A stretch of 64,000 nucleotides of DNA from Vicugna vicugna. Lineage: Eukaryota. The position numbers were made by a program, and so were the translations under genes. Shown piece after piece: positions 26,781-40,870 of the stretch. Each line of letters opens with the position of its first letter. The stretch's first letter is position 1. Under the pieces are notes generated by a model. The model worked only from the letters and a program-made list of their open reading frames with translations, was not told the DNA's origin and searched no databases. The stretch spans positions 6,052,939-6,116,938 of the forward strand of contig MU058423.1 of NCBI GenBank assembly GCA_013265495.1, given 5' to 3'.

Positions 26781-28569
26781 GAAGATTTTTGAATAAAAAT
26801 AAATGTATCAATTGCTTCCTACCCTTAACTACAGAAAAGAATTACAAAGTAAGAACATTAGTTACATTACAATAACTACATAATTAGTTTTCAAATAACT
26901 ACCACTTTGAAAAACTAGAGGCCTTTCATATATTTTTAACGTGTAGTCACTACTAGCCATGTCGTCAATATAGAAGATGTGAGTTACTTTTTAATCAGGG
27001 AAAACCATGACTGTTGCTCTGTTGAATCTCTGACTGGTGTATAGAAATAAAAATGTTGTGTAAATACACATTTGAATTGGATTCCAGGGTTGAAAAAAGT
27101 ATAGCTCATCTAACCAGTATCTAATGGTCATTATACTGCCTTTGTCATTTCAAAAGCTATTTAGGATGAGAATTTATCACTTTTATTATAAGAAGTCTTA
27201 ATGTCATATGTGCATATTACATTGTAGGCTTTAACAGGAAAAGGCACATATAGAGGCTTTAAGAAATTCAATGCACAAAAATATTCACCACACCTGAGTG
27301 AATTCCATATCTCAAATAAATCTTATATAAAAGCAAATAGATACAATGAGGTCTAACATCACCAATTTCATACGACCTACATTTAAAAAACACCCCAGTG
27401 AATAACATGCTTTGAAGACAAAGATTTTGTTTTCTAAACAGCTACCAAGGAAACTGACTCCCTATTACTCAAAATAATGTTTATATATTTACAGAATGTG
27501 TTTTCTAAGGAGTGCCCAACTTCTTAAAATTACAACCCTATTAGTCATCATGGTATCTGAGCTATAAGAAGATCTACCGATACAGTTGTACTGACAAAAT
27601 TATTGAGGTGTAAATTAGTGAAATGCTTTGCCTATATTTTGTAAAATGTTATGAAAATACTCAATTGTATATTTCAAACTTACTCATTAAAATTGCATTG
27701 AAATTTTTAATGAAAAATGCCATGTTTCATGCAATAGAAGCACAAAGAATGTTTAGATAGAACTTCTGCCTTCACACATTTTCATGTATTTAAGTGCTCC
27801 AATATTTCTTCTATAGAACAAAGATGGTTACTAAATTAAATCCAAGTTAGTTATTTTAATATAATCTTAAATGTCAATATTCTGGACATAGTTGATGACA
27901 GACAGGTCTCAATATAGAATGTTCACATTTTCTTATGAACAATTCCAAAATTAAAAGTTATATGCTTGCTGACAGTGGATGCGGTCACTTTTATACATAA
28001 GAAAAATAAAGATTATGAGTTCTAATCTCTCAATCTTGATCCTCCTTTCCAGAAATCCTTAAGCATATAGAAAAATTCTTGACTGTGTCTTCATGGAAAG
28101 CTCTCAAATTGATGGTGCAATGGACAAATGATAAGCTGTGATTTTTTTTATTAAAGAAATGAAACCAATGTTAAAGAATTATAAAATTAACATAACATGT
28201 AAATTTAGTTCTTCTCCTGAGAAGTAAGATCAGGCTTGAGTCTCTTTTATTGAATATCAATTCTCTAGTTCACATGCTTAATGTCTCCTGATGCTAAGAG
28301 TGACTATTATTGGTCATTTGTGACACTTCTTTCCCTGATGTGTGTCTTAAAGAAGAGACTATACTCATGTCTCTATTAAGGGTTGGAAAACAAAAGATAA
28401 TCTAAAAAGACCATAGTTTTGAAGTATTGGAAATATATATATAAATATATATGTATATATATATTTCTTTAGAAAAGTGAAAGAATTTATTATGCATTTA
28501 TGCTGGAAAATATTAAGTGAGTTACCTGGGATGTTGAGAAGAGAGTGGGAAATGAAAAGATCAAGTCAT

Positions 28570-28960
28570 TTCTTGCGTAAACCTCTACACAATTAGATGA
28601 AAAAATTATTTGTCAAAGAAAAGAGTGTTGGGAAACAAAAGTATCATAATATAAGAAAAATTGTATTCAACAAAGAACAGAATCAATTCTGTTAAACATC
28701 AGATCAGAGCTGTAAAGGGTAATCTCAAGAAAATCTTATAGGAGGCTGAAAACACAATTGGAAATAGAGACAATTAGAGCGATGACAGCTCCAGAGTCAA
28801 GACAAGTGATGTTATGCAGATAACTAATGTGCCTGAAGAAGAACATAAAACACAGAACAGAACAATTTTAAATGATATAACAAAAAACAAGGAAAAATCC
28901 AGCACAGATCTGTTTATGAAAATTAAAAAAACTCTAAATTTAAATAAAACTAGTTCTTAC
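28570..28960 (+). mobile_element. Old L1/HAL1 ORF1 remnant
   Basis: A-rich ORF1-like sequence ...ataactaatgtgcctgaagaagaac... Confidence 0.5.
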
Positions 28961-29309
28961 AAGCATACATCTGTAAATATGACATGAATTAGCATTATAG
29001 TCAGTTTGATATAAAGTGAAGTCTAAGAAACTTAGTTATGAATGGTTATAAAATCACATATACATATTGAAAATGTGCAAACATATAAGCTTTAAAAATT
29101 ATCATCAACAACAAACTGCTGGCCCAAATTAGAAAACTGGATCTGCGAGGCAGGAGGTGAAAGAAACATTTTCTGTTGGTTTCTTTCTTCACTAACAAAG
29201 CTGACATGTGGAAAGTGCTTCTGTCTAGGAAGGAAAAATGGGATTTTTTAAATAATATTTGAGTTTTCTCGCATTTGACAATAACCAGGAGTCAGGCATC
29301 TTCAGTTTA

Positions 29310-29720
29310 CTTATATAATCAGCAAAAACAGGTTTAGCTCCTACTGTGTGTCAGGGACTCCACTAATTGCTGGGAATATATTGTGAACAAAAGAGATGTT
29401 TTTCTGTAAACTGAGCAGAAAAAAAAGGCAGTGTTTGGAGGAGACTGTAGTGACAAGATGTTTTCTATGTTTGCTAACTTATTCAATGTGAGTGATATTG
29501 ACATATTCTTTTATGTTGATGAAAATAAGCCAGTCATAAGGGTAAAAATGTGACGTCAAACAGAGCAGGGATTAACACAGCAGTGAAATTTATCTGTGAC
29601 GTGAAGGTCATGGATGTGGTGCAGAGCGTGGCCTCAGACAGGATCAGGACCAGCTGTATCTTAACAGAAACAAAGGCAAAGCGTATCTTGCAGGTAGAGA
29701 TTCACAGACTTGCTTTTGGA
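29310..29720 (-). mobile_element. L2 remnant
   Basis: ctcctactgtgtgtcagggactc...gctgggaatatattgtgaacaa. Confidence 0.45.
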
Positions 29721-30834
29721 GCCCTACCGCATACTAACTGGCTTGTCACAAACTGATATTTCAGATTTCTGAGAAAATCTTGGTTCTGTCCTAGAGCCAA
29801 GGCCATATAATTCTAACATGGCTTTGGGACCATTCCTTTGTATTATGGTAGTGAAAAGGAGAGTTTTGTAGTTGAGATATTAATCCCCCAATTATCTTCT
29901 TTATGTAGTACTTTATTAATTAAAGCTCCTGTATGTTGTATAAATGGTTGAAAATAACTTGTTTCAGTTGAAATTATGGATGGAATTTTTAAAAAATATT
30001 CTATAGCTGACAAAAGAAAAAAATAAAGAGAAGGAAACCATTAAAACAGAAAATGTTATACAAGATTATAAATATGAGAACAAATAAACCAATTAAGATG
30101 TACATGGAAATGAGATAAACATTTCTATTTTAAAAGTGCTATATATTGAGTTAAGAGTAATTATTCCTGTATTCAAATATACCATAAAGTTTTCTAAAAC
30201 ATAATAGCTCTATAAATTTAATTAATAGATGGTCAAATATCTACTATATATATATGTATCTTAATTAGGTTATAGCATTAGTGGCAGAATCACCAAAGTG
30301 AAATTATATCCATGCACATTCTCACTGATTATGTTGTCTGAGAGACTGATGGGACAATATTACTCTCATATTTATGAGAGAAGAAGGAGAAAAAGAATCC
30401 TTTATGTTCTTTAAACATGAATGACATTCTTAATCAAAGTATGAAGTTACTTCACAATTATTCGTGGAATTTTCAGGACACAAAAAAGCTATCTATTTGA
30501 AATACAGATTTAGGCATGTAAAAATATAACTTATGACTTATAAAACCGATTTTTTTCTAAAAAAAATGAAATTCTTATCAGACCCTAAGAGCCTGTAAAC
30601 TTCCGTTTGCTTCTCACAATTACACCAACACTTTTCCTGATCATTACAGTGTGTAAGAAGGATGCCATATATATGTGTATATGATTGTCAAATCAATATG
30701 CTATGGTATAATAAGTTAGATTCCAAATAGTGAAGTCAAGAATATACAAATATATATGGCACAGAGATCTGAACAAGCTGAAGTTAGATTTGTATTCTTG
30801 GCCATAGTGATAGACCTGCTAAATTTTCAACAGA

Positions 30835-30957
30835 TACCTACTCTTACGAGCTCATCTAAACCTAATTACCTCCCAAAGACTCCATCTCCAAATACCATCA
30901 TATTGGGGGTTAGGGCTTCACCTGATGAATTTTGGGGAAAAACAGTTCAGTCAACAG
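30835..30957 (-). mobile_element. MST/MLT1A-type MaLR LTR 5' fragment
   Basis: catctaaacctaattacctcccaaagactccatctccaaataccatcatattgggggttagggcttca. Confidence 0.85.
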
Positions 30958-30971
30958 GACTGTGTATATGT

Positions 30972-31097
30972 ATGGTTACCATAAAATTTATTCTCCAAAT
31001 TGGAGTACTTTTTGGCATAAGAAATAGGTGCTGTTAATAATCATAACAAGTAACAGTTGCAAACTTGGACATTCCAGGCAAATAGCTGATTATCTTT
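30972..31097 (+). mobile_element. MER94 (hAT-Blackjack) MITE
   Basis: ggttaccataaaatttattctccaaattggagtacttttt...gctgttaataatc...ggacattccaggcaaa, colinear with MER94. Confidence 0.7.
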
Positions 31098-31374
31098 TAA
31101 ATGTTACTCCACTACCTAAGAACAGAAATTACTTTTTCAGTTTAACATGTCTGCTAAGATTTTTGCCCGACAGCCTAGAGTACTTAGTAGTTAAAGTCTC
31201 TCTGAACAGAAAGCAGTTAGTGTTTTTGCATACAGTAGAAAAAGCTAAATATGAAGGGAGCATTAGTTAAGTGTTTACATTAGGCATAGTGCTATGTGTT
31301 TTATAAACATTCTGAACTAGAGATATAGGTCATAATATCTATACATTCAGTTTCTACTTAAAAGGTAGCACAGA

Positions 31375-31615
31375 AAACCCATGTTGGTTAAGATTTTGGA
31401 TTATGAGAATGCACTGCTTGGGTTTAAATCATAGCTCTACTTTCAAAGTACTGCGTAACCTTGATAAGTACTACCATTTTTCTGGACTTCAGTTTCCTTA
31501 TTTCTAACATATAGGTACTAGATTATGTTTATGTGTGTGTGTACATTTGTGTGCATGCATGCTTAAAAGACAGCCTGACATATGCAGTAGATAAGCGATT
31601 ACTATAAATACTACT
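31375..31615 (+). mobile_element. MIR SINE
   Basis: gcttgggtttaaatcatagctctac...ccttgataagt...cttcagtttccttatttcta. Confidence 0.75.
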
Positions 31616-32559
31616 TTTGTTTTCTGTCTTTCTAGACACAACTGTAGGTAGTCATCCTTTGTTGTATTTTGTTTCACCATGTAGTACCAGAGTTTATTTT
31701 TGGGTCCCTATTATGTGGTCTGGTTTGAAAAGAAAAGCTGAACCAATTCATTTCTTAGGAATATAAATAAGAAAATACTTGTGGATATTAAGTGAATACT
31801 TAACAGCACATTCCAGATTATAACATAATATATAAATATAATTCTCTGTGAGTCCTTTTACCAGAATCTTGTTTCTTTGTGAAAATTATACGTAAATGGA
31901 GCCAATTAAAAATACATTAACCCTTGGGTAAAATTATCATTGTAATATATATATATAGATAGATAGATACGCATATAGCTGAGTGAAACATTTATACTTT
32001 TGCAACATATTAATATTGTTGTAATATTTTGAAACATAGAAAAGTTAAATACAGAAGGCTTGTATATGTAGATCCATTGTCTCAAAATACAAATTGGCTT
32101 GTTTGGACTGCATGGCCCCACATTCATCTACTGGAATAGAAACAGGTAACCCCATATTGGCCTTCAAATGATGTTTCCAAAATCTTTGGAAGTACTGTAG
32201 TTCAGTATGTGCACTTATATGATATTCAGATAGCATGATGTAGAATGTAGGGTAAGTATGGTATATGGGAAAAAAGAAGATTAAATTATTTAAGCTTAGG
32301 AAAAGGAGATTTTAAAATGGTAAAAGTAAAAAGTTCTATAAGATGAGGAACAATCTTACCTATACTTCAATCTATTTGAAATATTTACTGAATTTTTATT
32401 ATGTATCAGTCATTGGGCACTGGTTGTGTTTATTCCTGGGGGGAGTCCAATTTTATGTGTTATGAATTCACTCAGGAAGAATCACTCATTAGTAATACTC
32501 CTAGAGGACTAGGAGTAAGCCAATTATACCAGCTAACATAATTATTATTTTCCATCAAA

Positions 32560-33030
32560 TGTGACTTTAACAAAATTGAAAATTGAAGATACAAATAATG
32601 AACATTAAGAATATAAGTTATTAAGATGTGCATATTACCGGATTTTTCTACCTGGTATGTAGTAATAAGAAAACAAACAAAAAAATAAATACATTGTGAT
32701 CAATAGCTTCCCTATCATGAAAACTCTCTGAATATAAAATATTCAGAATAATTGCAAGAATTATTAACATCCATTCAAAATTAAACTTACTAAGAAATCT
32801 CCAGGAGCAAAACAGTAAAAATGTTAAAGTTATCTAGATATATCTAAAAAAGGAAGTGTCTGGACAATACTTGTAAAAATGACAGTCCTCTATGAAATAA
32901 TTTATAAACTTTATTCAATTAGTTTAAAAGTCAGTGGGGTTTTCTTACAAATTGATAAAATGGCCTCAAAGAATATCTAGCATATTAAAGAAATAAAACT
33001 AGTCAGAAAAAATATTTTAATTAAAAAATG
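32560..33030 (+). mobile_element. Old L1 ORF2 remnant
   Basis: caatacttgtaaaaatgacagtcctc...aaattgataaaatggcctcaaag. Confidence 0.5.
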
Positions 33031-33099
33031 TTTTTACATAAATATACAGAGCGAAAAGTGCACATATCCTGTGTGCCCCACATCTCTCTCACATCTTTT

Positions 33100-34250
33100 T
33101 AAAAATTATATTTTGTATATGGTTTGCTTTGGATTTTTAAATTCATCTTTCCCCCATGTCACTCGTTTTTGTTTCTTCTGTGGCCAAAATACTATTAAAA
33201 ATTCACTGATTTCTTTGTTTCAAATACAATGTTTTTAAAAATAATTCTAAAATTTCTAGAATGATCACTGATTTTTTTATGGATTAGAGTTCAGTAATGA
33301 ACTTCCTTATCTTTTTTCTATTTTGCTGCTCTGTTTTCTTGAACATACGTATCATGGTAATTTTAAAGTCCTACGACACCTGAGTAATCTTTAGGTTTGC
33401 TTCTTATGTTCTTATTATTTTTCTTGATTATTGGTCATATAGACCATCCTCTTCATATGTAATTTTTAGTTGTATGCTAAGATATATAAAACATATTTTA
33501 ACATAAACATAAAACGCATGGATGTCAACATTGTGTAGAGGCTTCAGATGACGTTCTGCTCCATTGGAAAGAGTTCCCCTTTCCTCTGACAGAAAATATT
33601 ATGGAGGCAAATCCTTAGTCCTGTGAGGGGCTGAGATTCATTGGGGCTGAGCTGCAGTTTTAGCAAATTTCTGTCTTTCTTATCGGACCCTTGTTTTTGG
33701 GTTTGCCTAGTGAGACCTTTGATTCAGAGCCTGGGAGTTACCTCCTCAGCTCTGAAATTTTAGGGGACATTAATTCTGCCCTTTGTATGTTTCCACTTTA
33801 GCTCTTTCAGCCAATGGTCCCATGTAGTTTCACAATTATTTTTATGGCAGATACTTGTCATGCTTTTGAGACAGCACTTACCCTACCAGGTCTTTGTTTG
33901 TATCTATCACAAGACTGTGAATAATTTTACTCTGCCTTTTTGAAGCTTTTGGTCTAGCCTTTCTGTCTTCCAAATAATCCCCGAATTTGCTAAATATTCT
34001 TTGGGGAACCTGGCATATGCCCACAGAGGGTGGGGTTGGGGAACCATGAACAGCTAGATAGTATCAGCTTCCATCAAATCAATTCTCTCCTCTCCAGAAG
34101 TTTTGATCATCTGCTCCTCATTGTTTACATAATGCTCCCTGATGCATTTCACAATATAATTTTTGAAGTTAATCTAGCTTTATTTTTCCAGTTGTGACAG
34201 CAGACAGTTCATCCTGCCATCACATAACTGTATTTCACCAAGAAAGGGCA
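33100..34250 (-). mobile_element. Old L1 5'UTR/ORF1 remnant
   Basis: ttcttgaacatacgtatcatggtaattttaaagtcc... antisense ORF1/5'UTR pattern. Confidence 0.5.
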
Positions 34251-35379
34251 CTCACTCCCCTTGAAGACCTAACGCAGTGATAACAGACTGCAAGCTAACT
34301 AAGGAAAGGAAGACCCATCGTCTATCAATTCTTTTCCTTAGTTTTTCTCCAGTCATTAAAAAGTGAATATAGGTTTTATATGTTCATTTTGTCTTTTTCT
34401 GTTTATTACTTAGTTCTTTTTTAAATATTAAATATCTCTAAAAGATAATGCTGTGCTCTTTGGAGAAACAACTCCTTGTGTTTTATTTGTATCAGATCCC
34501 TGGCTTATGTCACCTAATTCCAGACTTTTGTTCCATTTGGGACTTAGGTTCCTCTTAATCCCCCAATATAAATACATTTAAATATTAATGTTCAAAGTAG
34601 TTTATAATGATTTGAGCATAACAGAAATCAAAGCAAAGCAGAAATAAAATTGAACCATACCTAGATATGTCTGTTTCCAGGGTCTATACATTAACCTCTT
34701 CCATGGTGTTTTTCACCAAATATTTTCCTTCTCTTCCCTGCTTTGGCTGTTATTTTTAAACACAAGTTCACCTTGACCATATCTCAACTTCCCAACTTCA
34801 CAAAATTTCACACCTACTACAGTGTTTCTGTGAGAGTTAAAAATTTTCCCCTTTTTATTAACTATGTAAGCCCATCTCCTGTTTAACATATTTTTCTGTG
34901 GTGCTTATTTCGCCACAATCATTTCTATTATTAGGCACAAAAAATGTGTTCTCCCTTTGTTGTCTAGAATCCATTCTAGAATAGATTTGTTTTTTTACTG
35001 ACGAATTTAAATACTGAAATGTTGTTCAAAAATGAATTATTCAATAATAAAAAGAAAATTCGTAAATCACCCTTAGAAAGTAGAAGACTGCTGCAGTCAC
35101 CAAAAATATTGGGAATCTAGTCTCAGACCCTCAGAATTTTGTACTCGAATTTTGGTTGAATTCTCTAAGTATTCCATCAGTTTGTGTTAAGGTGGAACTG
35201 AAGGATTGAAAGGTAAAACTTTTTTTCAATCAAAATTAATAGACATGAAATAGAAAAAAAGCATTTTTGTTAATTTTTTACATTCTCATAAAGGAATATG
35301 AAGATGGCATCTAATATGCAATTGCCAATGTTAAGTATTACTGTATTTTTTAAACTTAAGTTAAAAAATTACACTTGTT

Positions 35380-36000
35380 ATTTTATTATTATAATTATCT
35401 TCTCTGAGTCACAGTTAACTAGCTGTATTAATACATTTATTAGTTCTTTGCCATTCCTCTATGATTTTATGTGCATTTTTGTCCATTTTATTGACTTTAT
35501 GGTTTACCTGAAAATTCAAGTATTAAAGATTTAACTAACTTCCACAATATTTTTTTCCTTAAAAAAAAAGTAAGAAATGTACTTTCCTTAAGAAGAACTT
35601 CTGTGTTTTACTTAAGGAAACAGCTGTGCTAGGGACAAGTATTAAATGATACTATCTTTCATTTACTGCCTTTACAATGCTGAGTTTTTATGTATACCTG
35701 GATCTGACCTGTTCTGTATCATTGATTTATTTGTTCTTTTATTGGTAAAACTCTGTTTTTCATTTTAATTGTCAAATAGTCCATACTTACAGAAGAGACA
35801 AAAAAATGTATCATAAAACTAATATGCTGCACAAAACATTGTGATTACTTTTTTAATATCTGGAAGGTAAACCATTATCATTACTCTTTTCCAAAACTGT
35901 GTTGCCCGGTATCACCTTATTATTCTTCTAGTTGAACTTTTGATCACTTTCCTTTTATTTCCAGGAAAATGTTATGCTGGATTTTCAATTGAACATAAAG
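35380..36000 (-). mobile_element. Old L1ME ORF2 remnant
   Basis: ttttaatatctggaaggtaaaccattatcattactcttttccaaaactgtgttg. Confidence 0.5.
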
Positions 36001-37345
36001 AAACAAAAATTCTCTCCATCTTCCTTATAATAAAAATCGACTATAATGTCTTTAAGTAATGAGTGGTGATATGTAAGTATTTGACAACTGTTAACTCACT
36101 CTACTGCCTTAACCTACATGTTTGAGTGGGTTTATATTTCCATAGTCATCTAGATATTGAATTACTGCTCCTTAAAACAATTCAAATCAAATTTTCAAAG
36201 CTCTCTCTCTGGGAAACTTAGCCACATCATTGCTTTCACACAGTAAAAGCCACAAATAAAACTTAGTGGCAACTGAAACGCTCCAACATGTAACTGATGC
36301 TGTGTATGGATATGTCAGGGGGAAGTCCAGGGCCTCTGCATCACAAAAACAGTTCCTGAGCACGGAGACCTAATAAAATTAATCTTATCTAAAACCCCAA
36401 ATCCATCTCGCAAAGTTTCTTTTTCATGCACTCTTTGAACTTCTCAGTGTTCTCCTTAAAGGGAAACTAGTTGGTTTTGCCAGTGATTACTCTAATGTTT
36501 TTTTCATATCCTTCAGTAAAGGTACCCTACAGTGAAGATAATAGAAATGACTCTTGGTCTTTGTTGAGTTTTTTGTCCTGAATGTTTGGTGTCCAAATGT
36601 GTTCTTATTTTTTTCCTCATTCTTGTTTTAATAAGAAAAAAACACATTTTATTTATATGAATTTATTATTGTTACTGTTGCTGTTATTTATCTGTAGCTG
36701 ATCTCTAAACGTCATTCTTTTCCTCTGGCTGACCCTTAGGTGTCTTTCTGAATTCACGATCTTGATTCACTTGGTTCCTATTAATGAAACCTCATGAAAT
36801 TCCCCTTTGATGCAGTAGATTTACCTTCTGGTAAATACCACATAGAGGAATAATGACAATTTGGTATAGGGACCTACACATATCTCATTAAATTTCTCCA
36901 AGAAATAGAAAGATGTAAATGTTACCTCAGGTGATGAAGATCTGTAAAACTATTAGTAACAAAATATTACTAATTTGTAAGACTGTTAGGGAACTAAGAT
37001 GTTTATCTTAGTGGTTTCATAGTTTTTATTTATGGAAATTCACATCATTACTAATGTGGCACCAGTGTTCCCACAGCAACTGTAGTAAACTGACATCACA
37101 CTGACTCAGTTTTTTCCTCTCTTTCTCTCTCCAACTTTTATACTTCCACCAACTTTCTCCATTGTGATCGCCTCTTAATATTATAGCTTTAACTTTCTAA
37201 CAGCTTCTGTTTATTGTCTTATCTCTTTTTCCCTCTTCTCCTCCTCCACTTCAGATTCCTTTAAGTAACATACCTTGTTAAACTAATCAATCCTTTTTCT
37301 TGACAATCTGGAAGACTTTTAGTTGAAAGCAACCTCACATTAGAT

Positions 37346-37975
37346 CAGCAATTCTCAAAACATAGCCCGTAGATTCCCAGTGGTCCCTGAGTTGCTTTCA
37401 GGAAGTCTGCAAATTAGAAACAATTATCATAATAATACTGAGATGTTATTTCCCTTTTCCACTGTCTTGACATTTAGACTGATAGTGCAAAAGCAATGTG
37501 TGAAATTGGTAGTGGAACAGCATGATCAAAGCAGTGGCAACAAAATCTGTCAGGACCAGCAGTAGTAGAGTTAGTCATATTCTTTACTCCTATGCTTTCT
37601 CAATTAAAAAAAAGTTCTAGTCTCACTTGAAAATGTCCTTGGAAAAGCAGTAATGATTATCAATCTTAATTGATCTCAATTTCTGAGTGCACATTTTAAA
37701 AAAAAATTGATAAAATAGAAACTATTTCTAAAGCATTTATGTTGCATTCTAATTATGAAGATTTTCTTGAAAATGAAGTACTTATGCAATTGAATTCTAC
37801 CCTGAATTTGAGGCTTTTTCCTAGAACATTGTTTTCACTTGAAAGAAAAGACTGACCAACAAATGGCAATTATTCAGATTTGAGTGTCTGACATAGATTC
37901 TCTTGAAAATAAATAAAGCCTGCCACTTCAAGGAAAACAGTGATGGTCACCAATGATAATATTTGAACTCTCAAG
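37346..37975 (+). mobile_element. Charlie1a (hAT-Charlie) DNA transposon fragment
   Basis: cagcaattctcaaaacatagccc...ataataatactgagatgttattt...gaacattgttttcacttgaaagaa...cacttcaaggaaaacag. Confidence 0.85.
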
Positions 37976-37977
37976 AT

Positions 37978-38130
37978 TTTATGGAATGAATGTTTGTGTC
38001 CCACCAAGATCCATATGTTGAAATCCTGTGCCTCAGTGTGGTAGGATTAGGAGATGGGCCTTTGGGAAGTAATTAGGACAAGATAATGTCATGAGGGTGG
38101 AGCCCTCATGAATGGGATTGATACCCTTAT
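37978..38130 (+). mobile_element. MLT1A-type LTR 5' fragment
   Basis: atggaatgaatgtttgtgtccc...tatgttgaaatcc...catgagggtggagccctcatgaatgggatt. Confidence 0.88.
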
Positions 38131-38399
38131 GTGTGTTACAGAGTTTACTGCTGTCATTTGAGGATAAACTAAAATGTTAGTGTATTTTGCCTGTTTTACC
38201 TTGATGTCACTTTATTTCTACCCTCTTCCTGAAAACGCTGTGAATTGAAATTAAGAGACTTGCCCAGATAATACAATTAAGAAATGATGGAGTTGGATTT
38301 GAACCTCGGATTGTTTGACATCAGAGCCAGTGTTACTAGATTGTGACGTTTGGCAAAATTTCCAACGTAACTTCCAGGCACAGTCATTCTTGATTTGGT

Positions 38400-38830
38400 T
38401 CGTGACTGCTCTTCTGGTGCACCTAGTCATCTTTCCACAAATGTCTAGAATGTGTGTAGAGTCAAAAACCAAACAGTGGAGTTGAGCTACTGACATTCTG
38501 TAGATTCTGCCCAAACCGGCCTGTCAAGCAGCAGCCAGTCTCGCGCTGAAGACGTTTACCAGCTTTAGTCAGTTCTACCTGAAGAACAGATCTAGGGGAG
38601 GTGTCATTTCTCTGCTGTTGGTCTCATTGCCAACAGTGTCATGTTCATGAGCTTGTCCTTCTCACTAGGAAAATGCTGTCTTTCCTACTTTCTGCTCTGT
38701 GACCCTCTGGAGCCCACCTCGTTCCTGCTATGACAAGATCTGGCCACTTGTGAGATCCAAAATCCTTCCAACAATTTCCCTCTTCAGATTAGTCTAAATT
38801 GCTTTCTGGTTCTTGCAGTCAGTACTTCTG
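38400..38830 (+). mobile_element. Old LTR-like remnant (family uncertain)
   Basis: The 3' end caacaatttccctcttcagattagtctaaattgctttctggttcttgca resembles MaLR/ERVL LTR ends. Confidence 0.35.
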
Positions 38831-39389
38831 AAGTGATAGACTATGCTTGCCCTCAACAGCAACTTTGAATGTTATGACAGTGATGTTTCTCACTTTAGGA
38901 GCCTGATTTACAGGGTCATAAAGAGGCCAGGCACCATCTGTAATAGATATCTTACAAGCTTCTGGCTAAGGCCCAAGCTGCAAAACACAGGCTTGATTAA
39001 ACAGAAGGGAGAGGAGATAATATGTCCAGATTGCTTGCTGAATTCTTATCTATCTGCTGATTGGGAAGAGTTCACAGTGAGAGAGATAAGATATTTTTAC
39101 AAACATTGGAGCAGTCTCTGGGAGTTACATACGTTTTGCCCCGCAGGGCTTAATGATGCTTTATCACCTCAGCTAAATGAGGAATATTAGCAAATCTTCC
39201 CAAGAAGAGTGTTGCTGGAAATAAGGTGCCAGAACAGCTAAGCTATTAAATTTGATACATACGGATTTGTTTTTAATTAGTCTTTATAAACATCTACATT
39301 TCTAGATGTTAACAGAATTAATTGCTAACTTGAGACTGTCTAAAACTATTAAGAAAAAAACTTATTAAGCTGCATTTAAAAATATACTA

Positions 39390-40200
39390 GCCATTTCTGT
39401 CTATCTAGACTGTAATGTCTTTGAAAACAAATTCATCTCATTCAGGACAGCAGTCCAGTTCAGGTGCATAATAGGTGTTCAGTAACATGTTGCTGAATGG
39501 ATTATGGACAAAGTTGAATAATAGAGTCCTGTTCTGTCTATCACCACAACAGATTTTATTTGCTTCATAAATATATCTTAAATCCATGCAGTATTTCAGT
39601 TTTCCCCAAATCACCTTTATCCAAAGTGTCCTTCTGCAATGCTTTTTAATTCATTGACCTACCAACATTTTTTTAAACTTCTTACAATCAATTAACATTA
39701 CCGCAGCCAAAATAATAACTTAAAAACATAAATGTGATTATTATACCTTCTTAATTAAAAGCCTTCAATATTTTATTATTTAAAAAAGTAAGGATAAAAT
39801 TCCAATGCATGACTAATAGATTCAGGATCTGCCTTGTGTATCCTCTTGAAGGCTCACCTCATGCCACTTTTGACATTACTTTTTACACACCGGTCCCACT
39901 GGACTTCCTGCTTCTCCCCTTCACACATGTAGTTCTGCTCATTTCATACTCTTTATTTATTTATTTTTTTAAGGTTTAATTTTTTTTTTAGGGTGGTGAT
40001 ACTGGGGATACTGAACCCAGGACTTCGTTGTGCTAAGCATGCACCACTGAGCTATACACTGTCCCATCTTCTCATACTCTTTAAATAGCAAATGACTTTT
40101 CTTCTTTCAGATTTCATTTTGAACATAGTTTTTTCATAACCGTCTCCATGTATATAATTATTAAGTTGGAAATTATATAACAATTTGTGTGATTATTTTT
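39390..40200 (+). mobile_element. L2 LINE remnants (host of the SINE and the composite insertion)
   Basis: ataggtgttcagtaacatgttgctgaatg; cacaccggtcccactggacttcctgc; resumes at 41911. Confidence 0.65.
39956..40071 (-). mobile_element. Vic-1-type camelid tRNA-derived SINE
   Basis: Minus strand gtatagctcagtggtgcatgcttagcac...gtcctgggttcagtatccccagta + A-rich tail; 12-bp TSD TCATACTCTTTA at 39944-39955 and 40072-40083. Confidence 0.88.
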
Positions 40201-40212
40201 CCCACTGACTTT

Positions 40213-40870
40213 TTTTTTAATTCAAGTATAGTCAGTTTACAATGTTGAATAAATTTCTGGTGTACACCATAATGTTTTAGTGATACATATATTCATTTTC
40301 ATATTCTTTTTCATTACAGATTACTACAAGATACTGAATTTAGTTCCTTGTGCTATATAGTACAAACTTGTTGTTAACCTATTTTATATGTAAAAGTTAC
40401 CAACTGCAAATATTGAACTCCCAGTTGATCCCTTCCTACCCTCTTTACCTCCTGGTAACCATAAGTTTGTTTTCTATGTCTGTGAGAGTCTGTTTCTGTT
40501 TTGTAAGTAAGTTCATTTGTATCTTTTTTTTTTTTTTAAAGATTCACATATAAGAGGTATTCCTTTGTATAAATATACCACAGTTTCTTTATCTTTGTCT
40601 GTTGATGGACATTTAGGTTGCTACCATCTCTTGGCTATTGTATATACTGCTGCTATGAACACTGGGGTGCATGTATCTTTTTGAATTAAGAGTTCCCTCC
40701 AGATATATGCCTAGGAGCAGGGGGGATTGCTGGATCATGTGGTAAGTCTATTCTTAGTTCCTTAAGGCATTTCCATACTGTTTTCCATAATGTCTGCACC
40801 AAACTACATCCCCACCAACAGTGTAGGAGGGTTCCTGTTTCTCTACACCCTCTCCAGCATTTATTGTTTG
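40213..40870 (-). mobile_element. 5'-truncated lineage-specific L1 3' end with its own TSD
   Basis: ORF 40686..40901(-) [32 protein letters not shown] matches the ORF2p Cys-rich region; TSD TCCCACTGAYTTT at 40200-40212 and 40871-40883; internal deletion near 40558. Confidence 0.93.

Noticed and set aside
22943..38130. MLT1A 3' half (22943) and 5' half (37978) as one split LTR
   Set aside because: Wrong order, and they overlap with divergent sequence, so they are separate copies
38843..39190. 115-aa ORF
   Set aside because: No domain similarity or gene context; length is plausible by chance in 64 kb
39990..40065. tRNA-like sequence
   Set aside because: SINE head with A tail and TSD; cloverleaf incomplete
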